Shown here in pieces: positions 38,501-49,372 of a DNA stretch of 64,000 nucleotides; position 1 is the stretch's first letter, and each line of letters starts with the position of its first letter. The translations under genes were made by a program, and so were the position numbers. The notes beneath the pieces were generated by a model. The model searched no databases. It had not been told where the DNA came from and was given only the letters and a program-made list of their open reading frames with translations. Origin of the DNA: Tubulanus polymorphus (taxonomy: Eukaryota; Animalia; Nemertea); contig NC_134032.1 of NCBI RefSeq assembly GCF_964204645.1, positions 14,744,275 through 14,808,274 of the forward strand, given 5' to 3'.

Positions 38501-40177
38501 AAGTTTGAGCTGATTAAGGATATAGAGCATAACTCAATAATACAACTCATTCTACTAGTGAAGATTGAAGCAATATGTGAAGGTTTTTGATGTTCAAGTT
38601 TCTACAAGTAAAACCAGTCAGTTTATAGATTGAACTGACTGTAACCGAGAAACTACAGAATTTACTATCAGCATCATTCGCACACCACATCAATATAGAA
38701 TCCGATCTGGGTATTAGAGATGCATTTAATACAAAAAGAGGTTTTTGACTAACAGGACTTAGACTTGCAGTCCATGGCAGGTTTTAACAAGACAGTGAAG
38801 GTTTTAGCCTGATACCCGCAGTCCAGTGAATGTTTTACAAAACAGGTCTAGACCGAGTTTCACCAAAAATTTACTGTAAGTTTTTCTTTCAGACAACAAT
38901 CGCAATCAATTCAACCTTAAAAACCTGGGCAGGGTTTCATAGATGCGGAAGCTAAATTTTCCCTGGAAACTTTTTGAAATTCGTCAGTTGTAACCATGGT
39001 TTCTCATTGTTACTATGTTGGTTGTCACCTAGATTGAGGATTAATCCCTTAGGGGTAACTTTGATACTCAGTCTATGAAACCGGGCCCTGGAAATCATAT
39101 CTACAGAACGGTCATCCTTATTACCGAGATGATGTATTTTACCGAGATGAAATGAAATATAACATATTTATTTATTCCTTATCGATTTTAACAATTGACA
39201 TCATATCATGTCAGTAATAAATGCCTGCTGGAGTCATATTTTACATATTTTGTCGGATATTTTTGTAGAAAAATAACTTAACTTTACCGAGATGAGATCG
39301 TCGATCAATCAAATTCAATGAAATTTTATTGCTAACCGAGTTTACGTATTTGAAGTCAAAATTTTTTTAAATAAAAAAATATGTAAAATATGACTAGAAG
39401 GTATTTATTACTGATATAAAATGATTTCAAGTGTTAAAATCGATAAGGAATAAATAAATATGCTATATTTCATTTCGGTTCGTCTCCGTAAAATACGTCA
39501 TCTCGGTAATAAGGATGACCCCTATAGAAAGATATACTTACTTTCTGATCCCCACGAGAAGTTACCGGTATCCAGACGCAGGGCACGGAATTTAGTGTTA
39601 CCGCCACGAGTTCGGACGGTGTGAATTCTCTTGGCTCCGAGTTTGGTGTTAGCAGCGGGTCGTCCCAATTCAAACTTCCTCTTCTTACGGATCGGTTCTC
39701 GACGACCTCCTGTCTTTCTCCTCTTATGCCATTTATCTCTTGAGATACCTGAACGAAAAAAAAATCACAAAATTTATAAATTTGTATTGAGAAAATTATT
39801 TCATCTCATGATGAAGAACAGGGACTTTCAGCCATCAGTTTTCATTCTGAATATATTATCAATCGTTTCTAAAAACATGATTTCAATACAATGTGACAAA
39901 TTATACACAATGATAGGTGAATTAAAAGTTTTTTGCGACAAAATCGCAGCAATCTGAACACGATTTCTAACTATGGGTGACATATTTAGGGAGACGAATT
40001 GCCAGAAAGCGAAGCATTAAATGCATCATTTCACGGACTCGGTCAGAAAAACGATCTATTTCAACGTTTGGATTAGATATAACAGTTTATTCTAATCGAT
40101 ATCTGAATCTTTGATGACGTGAATAGAACTAATTAAAGACGGATTTTATTCGTAAAATAAAACATATCCATACCCAT
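35589..40177 (-). CDS. RPS8: 40S ribosomal protein S8 (eS8), 208 aa
   Basis: Exons 40174-40177, 39542-39748, 37872-38047, 37072-37201 and 35589-35698 total 627 nt. Protein runs [16 protein letters not shown]...[28 protein letters not shown], with canonical splice sites. Confidence 0.97.
35997..36107 (-). ncRNA. SNORD46: Box C/D snoRNA, SNORD46 (U46/U40)-like, copy 1
   Basis: Minus strand: C box ATGATGA (36093-36099), D box CTGA (36004-36007), terminal stem TTGGTAG/CTACCAA. The guide GTCATAGTTACT is complementary to 28S AGUAACUAUGAC, and the D+5 rule gives the A methylated by vertebrate U46. Located in the last RPS8 intron. Confidence 0.88.
36390..36505 (-). ncRNA. SNORD46: Box C/D snoRNA, SNORD46-like, copy 2
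   Basis: C box 36489-36495, D box 36399-36402, 9-bp terminal stem AAGTGGTAG/CTACCACTT, guide GTCATAGTTAC-A-CTGA. Confidence 0.88.
36497..37050. repeat. Minisatellite (GTTCCCTGATT core, ~20-31-bp variants)
   Basis: About 20 reiterated cores in the last RPS8 intron. Confidence 0.9.
37356..37501 (-). ncRNA. Box H/ACA snoRNA candidate (AUA-variant box), RPS8 intron 3
   Basis: Two hairpins with internal pockets: GCATCAT/ATGATGC plus a 12-bp upper stem, and GAACTGGA/TTCAGTTC. H box AAATTA (37434-37439) lies 14 nt after the first pocket; ATA+3 nt at the end; 146 nt in total. Confidence 0.65.
37614..37851 (-). ncRNA. Long structured H/ACA-like RNA candidate, RPS8 intron 3
   Basis: GC-richer island with several hairpins ending in ..CCCTTGGGG-ACA-ATT. 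It contains GTCATAGT, antisense to the 28S helix-69 sequence ACUAUGAC. The architecture is not the standard two-hairpin form. Confidence 0.4.
38190..38515. repeat. ~47-bp tandem repeat
   Basis: CAATCTAACAACTTAAGACCAGTCTAAGCTCATTTTAGTTCTATAAC, about 7 copies. Confidence 0.85.
38588..38723 (-). ncRNA. Box H/ACA snoRNA candidate, RPS8 intron 2
   Basis: Hairpin 1 GCATC..GATGC, H box ATAGTA (38663-38668), hairpin 2 AGTTTCT/AGAAACT with upper stem CAGTCAGTT/AACTGACTG, then ACA+3 nt; 136 nt. Confidence 0.7.
39110..39520. mobile_element. Foldback MITE in RPS8 intron 2
   Basis: Long inverted arms GGTCATCCTTATTACCGAGATGA / TCATCTCGGTAATAAGGATGACC. Confidence 0.8.
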
Positions 40178-40193
40178 GATGGCGATTCAATCT

Positions 40194-40204
40194 AGAAAAG
40201 GAAA
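40194..40204 (-). promoter_or_regulatory. 5' TOP/TCT pyrimidine tract at the RPS8 start
   Basis: Minus strand TTTCCTTTTCT lies ~17-27 nt upstream of the ATG, as is typical of ribosomal protein genes. Confidence 0.75.
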
Positions 40205-40410
40205 TTCGCACGCACGGACCGGAACTCGAACAATGCTAGTTTTACATTGTGACGATAGATGGCAGATCAATCGTAAGCGATGATTTTCCAGCTATATTCC
40301 TGAAGGTTCTCATCACCCAGATAAATAATTAACGTCAATAGTTCAGAATATTCTCAAATTTTCTAATTCACAAGAATTCAATAAAGCGCAACTTTAATTG
40401 AAGGACTATT

Positions 40411-40570
40411 GAATGACGTAATACTGCAAAGCCCGCACTGAGAGATCCCTGAATGACGCAACCGAGAATCCGATAACTGGGGAATTTTCCGAATGACGTA
40501 GACGAAAAAATCCCGAGGAGCCGAGATCCTCAAATGACGTTTTAACGGGAAATACCAGAAATAAATGGCG
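40411..40570. promoter_or_regulatory. Periodic AATGACG (half-CRE-like) sites plus a YY1-like AAATGGCG in the bidirectional promoter
   Basis: AATGACG at 40412, 40452, 40492 and 40533; AAATGGCG at 40563. Confidence 0.5.
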
Positions 40571-41249
40571 ACAAATGCTTTAAACTCGGTGGGTGGAAAT
40601 CTAATCTCATGACATTTCCAAACATATAATGACCCCTGTTATTTGGGGAAGGGGAATGAATAATGGGAGAGAGAGGTGCGTCGATGGAGGGTTATTAGTG
40701 CTAGAAACGAAAGAAGAAGAGAGAGGAGAGAGAGTGGCGCGGGATACGAAGACGAAGGTGTAGCTAGAGCCAGGCACTGCCAGGCAGGGAAGGGAGTGAC
40801 GACACTATAGTTTTTTTGCTGCTGCCGCGCTGGTGCTCTGGATCTGTTTGGAGAGTGCTCAGAGGAAAAGAACCAGAGAGTTTGTGCGGTGTTGTAGAGG
40901 GATGAAGGTGGAGTGTGCCCTGCTGTTGAGAGTGGGCAGTATATCTAATTAGTATCTTAACTAATTAGCCATTGTTCCGCAAATGGGGGACCGTACCAAT
41001 GGCAATGTCTGGTATCCAGACTTAAAAAAGGGTAGAGGGACGGAATGAGTGGATGAAAGCCAGGGAGTGAGTGAGGGAAAACAAGAGGTTAATGCCGAGA
41101 CAACAAGAAAGGGAAGGGAATATTTTTTAAATGAACTGATCATTTTCTGATCTATTTCTATTTTTGTGTTTTTTATAGGTAAATATCTAAAAACGGTGCA
41201 TCTTATAGTAAACTTGTGATGCGTTGAGAATAGCTACGACCAATCAAAC

Positions 41250-44200
41250 ATGTCGATACAATATATACCCGACGATATTCAACCAATCACTGACCGCGAG
41301 GATAGTTCATCCGGTCCTCAGCCGGAGGTGGCGCCACCGCAGACTAAATCGCCGGTGTCTGCTTACCGTCATTCGTCGTATCACCATCGACAACATAGAC
41401 ATCGTAACCGTGGTTACAAGACGCGTAAAGCACGGGAGACGTTCGCGGGAAGATGGCCGTTCGGAATCGGGCTGTCGGAGGTCGTCACCGGGTTCATTAT
41501 ATCTATACTCGGTACGTGCTGCCCCCTATAGGTGTATTCTAGCACTAGAAGCTTCGTCTCATTTTGTGTTGCTTCGTTTTTTTTCAGGAATCGTTGAATT
41601 TTTCGTCATTCCGGTCCTCGACGACCAGGAGAATTTAACACTTGGGTTTTCACACGAGAATTGTTACGGACTTGGACTGTGGACCGGTCCTTTAGTAAGT
41701 AGATTTTACTCTTACCCGAGTCCGGCCCAGTGTGGCTCCCGGTCCCAGAGTCGAAACTTGAAATTATTGATGAAACTAATTATACTATTTCAGCTCATCA
41801 TAACTGGATGTTTGGCAATTCGCGCTTCAATAAGTAAAAGAGCCAGTACAGTAAGTATGGTCCTTACTTAAAAACCCCCAGTGCCAGATGCGACCAGGGG
41901 ATCCAGGTCCACAGTTTTAGTTCAATTTCATTTTAAATGAATTAATACAGTTAATTACTTTACTATTGTTAATTTTGGAACTAGGCACTGAACTTGGTTC
42001 CACAGTTATGATTTGAGATTAGACTCGGGAGTTAACCTTTGATTTGAGTTCTATGCCCTAACTCACTATTGTGGAACTGGATCCCCGGCCTGTGCCGAGA
42101 TATTTGGAGGGGTAGTTCTACTTCAAGACAAAGGGCCATTTTTTACTGTGAATAGGGACATTTACAAGGGCTAAGGGCCTGAATCCTGCAGGCCTACAAT
42201 CCACTGGGCACTCAATCTAACATTCCAATTAATTATTTGATGTTACTGGTTTATCATAGATCTATAACTGGTTCTGGTTAAGTTCAGTGACGGTATTTTT
42301 ATACGCTTGTGGAATCGGACTTCTTATATATGGATACAGTTCGAACTGGACTCCCATCGAACAGGTAAGAAACTATTCACACCCTGCAGGCTAACGTTAC
42401 ATAGCAGGGTATTTAAGATGTTTCAATAATATGTTTTATTGATTTATTTTCTAGAGTAAATCGTTGTACACGATCAATAATATGTTTTATTGATTTATTT
42501 TCTAGAGTAAATCGTTGTACACGATCAATAATATGTTTTATTGATTTATTTTCTAGAGTAAATCGTTGTACACGGTCAATAATATGTTTTATTGATTTAT
42601 TTTCTAGAGTAAATCGTTGTACATGATCAATAATATGTTTTATTGATTTATTTTCTAGAGTAAATCGTTGTACACGATCAATAATATGTTTTATTGATTT
42701 ATTTTCTAGAGTAAATCGTTGTACATGATCAATAATATGTTTTATTGATTTATTTTCTAGAGTAAATCGTTGTACATGATCAATAATATGTTTTATTGAT
42801 TTATTTTCTAGAGTAAATCGTTGTACACGATCAATAATATGTTTTATTGATTTATTTTCTAGAGTAAATCGTTGTACACGATCAATAATATGTTTTATTG
42901 ATTTATTTTCTAGAGTAAATCGTTGTACACGATCAATAATATGTTTTATTGATTTATTTTCTAGAGTAAATCGTTGTACACGATCAATAATATGTTTTAT
43001 TGATTTATTTTCTAGAGTAAATCGTTGTACATGATCAATAATATGTTTTATTGATTTATTTTCTAGAGTAAATCGTTGTACATGATCAATAATATGTTTT
43101 ATTGATTTATTTTCTAGAGTAAATCGTTGTACACGATCAATAATATGTTTTATTGATTTATTTTCTAGAGTAAATCGTTGTACACGATCAATAATATGTT
43201 TTATTGATTTATTTTCTAGAGTAAATCGTTGTGCACGATCAATAATATGTTTTATTGATTTATTTTCTAGAGTAAATCGTTGTACACGATCAATAATATG
43301 TTTTATTGATTTATTTTCTAGAGTAAATCGTTGTACACGATCAATAATATGTTTTATTGATTTATTTTCTAGAGTAAATCGTTGTACACGATCAATAATA
43401 TGTTTTATTGATTTATTTAAATCGTTGTACACGATCAATAACATGTTTTATTGATTTATTTTCTAGAGTAAATCGTTGTACACGGTTCACACGTTGATGT
43501 CGGTTACGATATTTATAGGACTGCTCCTCGCCGTTGTCTGCTTCTTCAATTATTACGACGACGTTTTCTTCGGAGAATTACAACTGTTTAAAAAACTAGT
43601 CAAATGTTGTATGCCTTGTTGCTGTGTTGGGGTGAGTCTAAAAAGGTATTTGTGTGACATTATTAGTCCGATTTGCTCGCTGATATAATATGCAGCTTCC
43701 TTCATCAGTGTAAGCTTTGGAACATTCTTCAGGGCTCCTACTACGACTCCTTGATTCCTTAAAAACACCTACGCAACTTCTTCCATCAGCTTTGGAACAT
43801 TCTTCAGGGCTCCTACGACCCCTTGATTAATGATAATTAATAATAATTAGTGCTTATATAGCGCCTTTCCAAAGAATGCTCAAAGCGCTGTCACTCAATT
43901 ATTACCCAGCTTCTGTTACCAATCCAGTATATTCTTACTCTCCCTGGGGAGATGCAACACCGATACGCTGCAGAGCGATCAAGGCGTCGTCAGCCAGTAG
44001 CAATTGTGAATTAATGCCTTGCCTAAGGACACTACAGCACAGCCGGGGTTCGTACACACAACCTCCCGATTGGGGGGCGAGCACTCTACCACTAAGCCAC
44101 ACTGCTCCACAGTGATTACATTATAAAAACTCCTTCTATTTAGAAAATGCTTTTAAAGGTGCTTGAAACTCCTTAAATTTGAACAAAATGCCGGAAACTC

Positions 44201-45979
44201 CTTCAATTTTGAGAAACAGGCAATTAGGCTAAAAAAAATTGATACCTTGATTCTCCGCTCTGCTGAGCTTTAATGTTGACCCGGCCGGCCGCCTATCTAC
44301 CATTTTTGTTTAGCCTTATAGAAATGTTTTGTACTTGTGCAGATGATTATGCTTAAATCGGTACAGTTTGTTTGGACCAGGATTTGTTTTTACCCAATTA
44401 CGCGGCTATCAAATTAGTTACAAAGTTTAGTAGTGTATACGATGAAAATTTGCTTACAAAGCCATTAGATTACCGAGATAAGCAGTTCTGATTTAGGAGG
44501 AGTCTACAGTAATTTGGATGTAACAATGATTTATACCCAGGAATCACTGATCAGTAGGGACCCTGTTCTTGAAATTCTTCACAATTATGATTAGTCGATA
44601 ATGACGACCTTGTCCTTGTGATCATTGGCGATTGATAATTGCAATGAATCCTCTTTGTGATTTTAGATTCATCAGTTTGAACCTTATTAAATCTTCAGTT
44701 TAATTTAAACCACTTTTAAAAGCAATTTAGAATTCATCAGTCTTAATTATTTTGTTTCATGAAATATAGGGCCATCCCCTGAAATTAGGAGCATCATCAT
44801 AATTTTCTGAAATTGAGCCTAAATTAGGGGCAACCCCTGAAATAAGGAGCATCCCCGCAAATTAGGAGCATCCTCTTGAATTTCAAAAAATTCAGAGTAT
44901 CCCCTGAAATGAGGGGCACCCCTGAAATATGGAGTATCCCCTGAAATGAGGGGCATTCCCTGAAATGAGGGGCATCCCCCGAAATAAGGAGCATCCTCTG
45001 AAATTGGGGGTATCCCCTGAAATTAGGAGCTTATCTTGAAATTAGGGATTGATTTTTTCTCTGATTATCTGACCAATCATCACCTGACCTCGCTGTAATT
45101 TCAGAACTACCACCGATCATCGACCTCGTACAATGCCACCTATCAACGAGACACTAATACCGGCGCCCCCGTGTGACACAGGTAGAAACTAATAACACTG
45201 AGCATTTCTTCGATTGTCAAAAAAACGTTGATTTTCCTCGTGAAATTCAGTCAATAAATTGAACCTTGACTTTCGATTTTCACCCAAAAATAGTTTGATT
45301 CAAAATTTGATTGATGTGAATTGAATCATTGAAACTCAGCTTGAACTGAAGAGATTTTGTTTATAATAAGTTTAAAATCTATTACTTTTCAAATTTAAAA
45401 GATTTATTAAATACAATATTTATCCATCGATGATTTTTGAAATCCGAAATTTACGAGACAAAACGTTTAAGACTCCCTTTAGAGCGTTAACAAACGCAGA
45501 ACGACTACATTCAAACGTGTAGAAAGCTGATAACAAGATAAATACGCATTCTATACAGCTATAAAAGTTTTAAAAATCGAGAATCCAAAATTAGAACTAG
45601 AGTAAGGCAAAGCCTCGAACGGCGCCGCCGGTCTGAAATTCACCGCCACACGCGAAGTTACAGGAAACAATGTTGCATTTTGTTTAAATAAATTCTTAAT
45701 TTTTTGAAACATTTAAATCTGATGGGTGATTTATATTGACCTGATAATGCTCTCTATAGGGAATATGAAATGTCATGTCTTTTAACTTTTGTAAGTGTAC
45801 ATGGGCTATTCTGCTGAAGTATTCTTAATCCTATCTTTCTAATGTTTTATCTTTAGATCCAGCCTCTTATCGGACGTAGAAAAGTTACGCTTATCGTAAA
45901 CCCCGTTTATCTAGAAAAATCCGACGAGAATCATCATCACCACGACGACCGCGGTAAACAAATACAACCAACAATCTAA
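41250..45979 (+). CDS. Four-transmembrane CD20/MS4A/sarcospan-like membrane protein with two candidate last exons
   Basis: Exons 41250-41511, 41588-41694, 41794-41850, 42260-42364 and 43467-43631, then 45105-45176 (255 aa) or 45857-45979 (272 aa). Four hydrophobic segments, the TM2 motif GLGLWTGPLLIITGCLAI, and a juxtamembrane Cys cluster KCCMPCCC. Confidence 0.75.
42423..43484 (+). repeat. 51-bp tandem repeat (~20 units) composed of a 3' splice site plus exon start
   Basis: Unit TCAATAATATGTTTTATTGATTTATTTTCTAG|AGTAAATCGTTGTACACGA; the last unit runs into the coding exon at 43467. Confidence 0.95.
43835..44108 (-). mobile_element. tRNA-derived SINE
   Basis: Minus strand: A box TGGCTTAGTGG, B-box-like GTACGAACCCC, and a LINE-like tail CAGCGCTTTGAGC..GGCGCTATATAAG followed by (ATT)n. 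Confidence 0.75.
44770..45050. repeat. ~20-bp minisatellite
   Basis: CATCCCCTGAAATTAGGAG variants. Confidence 0.8.
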
Positions 45980-46572
45980 AATGTGCTTTAAAAACGATCA
46001 AACAGAAATTAGTGAAATCAAAATTTACAGAATGGTAAATGTTAACGTATTATGAGATCAATTGTAGTGGATTCCACGTGTGGAATTGTGGAATACAAAC
46101 TTTGTACTATTTGAACGATCCCTGGAACAATTCACCATTTTGTGAAGCTGACATACTTGATGTAAGTAATGAAAAATTTGCCTCAAACAGAAAGTTTAAT
46201 CGTAGAATTATAGAATGAAATGTATGTATGTATGAATGTTTTACTTTTCATTCCATCTTTAAAAAAAAAATTAAATATGATTCCTTTTTGTCGTTCGAAG
46301 TTTTGTACAAAATAGTATTTATTAGTAATGTATGCGATTGATGTTCGATATAGAATTCTAAGAAATTAGATTTTTGGCTAATTTTCCTTCACGAAAATCA
46401 AGAGAGAACTGTAGAACCGGCTCTTTGTACTGCAGGGTTGTATAAAGCTCGGGGGATCTAGGATCGATGATTATAATGTGAACTTTATAAACGTTCATTA
46501 CTGGTATTGGTTTTTGGATCAATTTTCCGGGCAATGTAGACTGAAACCAAATACGCGTAATACTAGAACAGT

Positions 46573-46913
46573 CATCCTCCCTCTGCAGGGACTCGAACCT
46601 GATGGCATCGCTACACTCAGCCACGGCACGAACCCTTGCATCAGTAGACCGGGTGCGCAGGTACATGCGCAGCTTTCCGAACGAAAACTGGCAGCACCAA
46701 TCAGATTGCTCGTTGTATAATCGTTGAGGCAAATTTCAAGGAAGAACTATAAATGGGAAAACCCGGGATAAAATAAAACGGGATTTCTGATTGGCTAAAA
46801 ATCACATCATCTGAACTGCGCATGTATCTGCGCACACGGTCGATTATGGCAGGGTTTCGTGCCGTGGCAATCTCGATGCCATCAGGTTCGAATCCCTGCC
46901 GGGGGAGGATGTG
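46573..46913. mobile_element. Mutator-like MITE (9-bp TSD); truncated copy at ~54105-54372
   Basis: ~60-bp TIRs CATCCTCCC..CAGGGA.TCGAACCTGATGGCATCG; flanks TAGAACAGT at 46564-46572 and 46914-46922. Confidence 0.8.
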
Positions 46914-47710
46914 TAGAACAGTAAGCCAAAGTTCAGTTTCACGAAAAAGTTTAACTCAAATTTTTGGTGTAGTCACTATTGGTTATTTCATGTTTCAATT
47001 CAAACTTAACCGTTTTAGGCTTAAACTTTTTCGTGAAACCGGGCCCAGTTCTCTGATTCGGACATACTGAATAGATTATACGATAGAACTGACTAACATG
47101 TTCAGAAAACCTAATTCGCACTGGTGTCGTTTTAAATGGTCTGAGGTAAGGATAGGAAAATACCAGTACAAAGTCAGAAAAATGATAGATTTCCTTTTTC
47201 TCAGATTTAGTCAACTCCGACTTGGCCGTATCCAAAACACTAGATTCACTGTATATACAAATTGAAAAAGTCGAAAAATCGAAATTTATTTATCTAATAG
47301 AAAATTAAAAGGCAATGTTTCGAACTCTTAGAGAACATTGTCTGGCATCGATAATGATTTATATAACTTATAGTTTTAGTGCAATAAAATTTAAGGGACC
47401 GTGTCATCAGCAGTTAATGTCAGTCAATGTTTGAATGTACTTTGTTCGTATTCAAAAACTAAAAAGCTCTAGTCATCTCAATTGTGATTTCAATGATGAA
47501 ATTGATAGCATGCTTGCACTGTATTAGACCTTACAGCTGTTTAAATCTATTCATTCATATTTGGCCTGATAGCTCTCGTTTTAAATTTGAATAGAGTTCA
47601 ATCAACATTTTTAAGAATGAACTGAATTTAAATGTTAAACTGATAACCTTGATTTACAATCCGTCTTAAGTGGAGAATCCCACAATAATGGAAAGATAAT
47701 ATAAAGTCCG

Positions 47711-48498
47711 AAAATGTTTCCTTGAGCTAGTGTAGTTAATTTGACGTTTCGAGTATATCCTAATAGTCATCTTCAGGAATACTGTATTCCTCAAGCTGGT
47801 GTAGTTAATTTGACGTTTCGAGTATATCCTAATAGTCATCTTCAGGAATACTGTATTCTACAAGCTAGTGTAGTTTATTCGACGTTTCGACTATATCCTT
47901 ATAGTCATCTTCAGGAATACTGTATTCCTCGAGCTAGTGTAGTTTATTCAACGTTTCGACTTTATCCTAATAGTCATCTTCAGGAATACTGTATTCCTTG
48001 AGCTAGTGTAGTTTATTCAACTTTTCGACTTTATCCTAATAGTCATCTTCAGAAATACTGTATTCCTTGAGCTAGTGTAGTTTATTTTAACATTTCTACT
48101 ATATCCTAATAGTCATCTTCAGGAATACTGTATTCCTTGAGCTAGGAACGTTGAATAAACTACACTAGGCTAGTGTAGTTTATTCAACGTTTCGACTTTA
48201 TCCTACTAGTCATCTTCAGGAATACTGTATTCCTTGAGCTAGTGTAGTTTATTCAACGTTTCGACTTTATCCTAATAGTCATCTTCAGGAATACTTTATT
48301 CATTGAGCTAGTGTAGTTTATTCAACGTTTCGACTTTATCCTAATAGTCATCTTCAGGAATACTGTATTCCTTGAGCTAGTGTAGTTTATTCAACGTTTC
48401 GACTATATCCTAATAGTCATCTTCAGGAATACTGTATTCCTTGAGCTAGTGTAGTTTATTCAACGTTTCGACTATATGCATGTAGTCATCTTCAGGAA
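47711..48498 (-). ncRNA. Tandem array of 11 x 69-nt minimal type I hammerhead ribozyme motifs (Penelope-like)
   Basis: Minus unit: UAUUC-CUGAAGA-U-GACUAU(UAGGAU)AUAGUC-GAAAC-GUU/GUC-GAAUA, giving a 5-bp stem I, a 6-bp stem II and a loopless palindromic stem III ACGU. Confidence 0.75.
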
Positions 48499-49073
48499 AG
48501 TACTGAGGTACAACAGAAATAATCAAAACTCCACTTTATATTATTTTTTCATTATCATTGTAGGATTCTACTATTGTCATCACAACATGGATATAGCATA
48601 ATCATTGACTAGGGTTTAATTAGTAAAGTTTCTTCTTTTTATGAAACTGAAAAAAAAACTTCTATATTTTTCATCTGGCGTCCAGTCACCCCTCCCCAAC
48701 CTTCTCCCACTCATCAGTAGGAGGCCTCAGTTTTCTGTCTGTAAATATTATTAAAATTCCCAATTTTTGCAATAATATGAATGTGATGAGTCTGAAATGG
48801 TAAAGAAATTAAACGCGACTGAAATTCAATTCCGATCGATATTGATGTTCCCGCGTTATGTTCTGAATAATTTTTGTAAAATAAAATATATTAAGAATAT
48901 TAAACAGTAGTGCACTGTATGATTTGCAAATCATTTGTTTATTCGTTGGTTTTTTTAATTGTTAATCATTATTCATTATAAGGATCTATTTACTGGATAT
49001 TTGCAGCTGGTCCATATCAGATGAGGAGAGCATATAATGCGCGATAAATTGTGGTGATATACATAGGGACCTG

Positions 49074-49280
49074 TACGGAAGCCCCTAGGTGACATATGAG
49101 ATTATTTTGTTCATAAATTCGACTTATTAAGTCGAATTTCGGCATAATAAGTCGAATTTCGAGATAATAAGTCGAATTTCGAGATAATAAGTCGAATTTC
49201 GTGTTAATTAAGTCGAAATTCGACTTAATAAGTCAAAATTGTGAAAAAATTTTCTCGTATGTCACCTAGGGGCTTCCGTA
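49074..49280. mobile_element. TACGGAAGCCCC-TIR MITE, short copy
   Basis: Same TIRs as 17900-18452; TSD GACCTG. Confidence 0.9.
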
Positions 49281-49372
49281 GACCTGCCAGTCAAAAACTA
49301 AATTTTTTCGATGACCTATTACAACAACCACAAGCAAACAAAATTTAAAACGTTGACCTAACCCTACGTTTG

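Noticed and set aside
42413-43444. 343-aa minus-strand repeat ORF (NKSIKHIIDRVQRFTLE)n
   Set aside because: By-product of a 51-bp (3n) unit lacking stops in one frame. The unit is explained as an amplified plus-strand splice acceptor.
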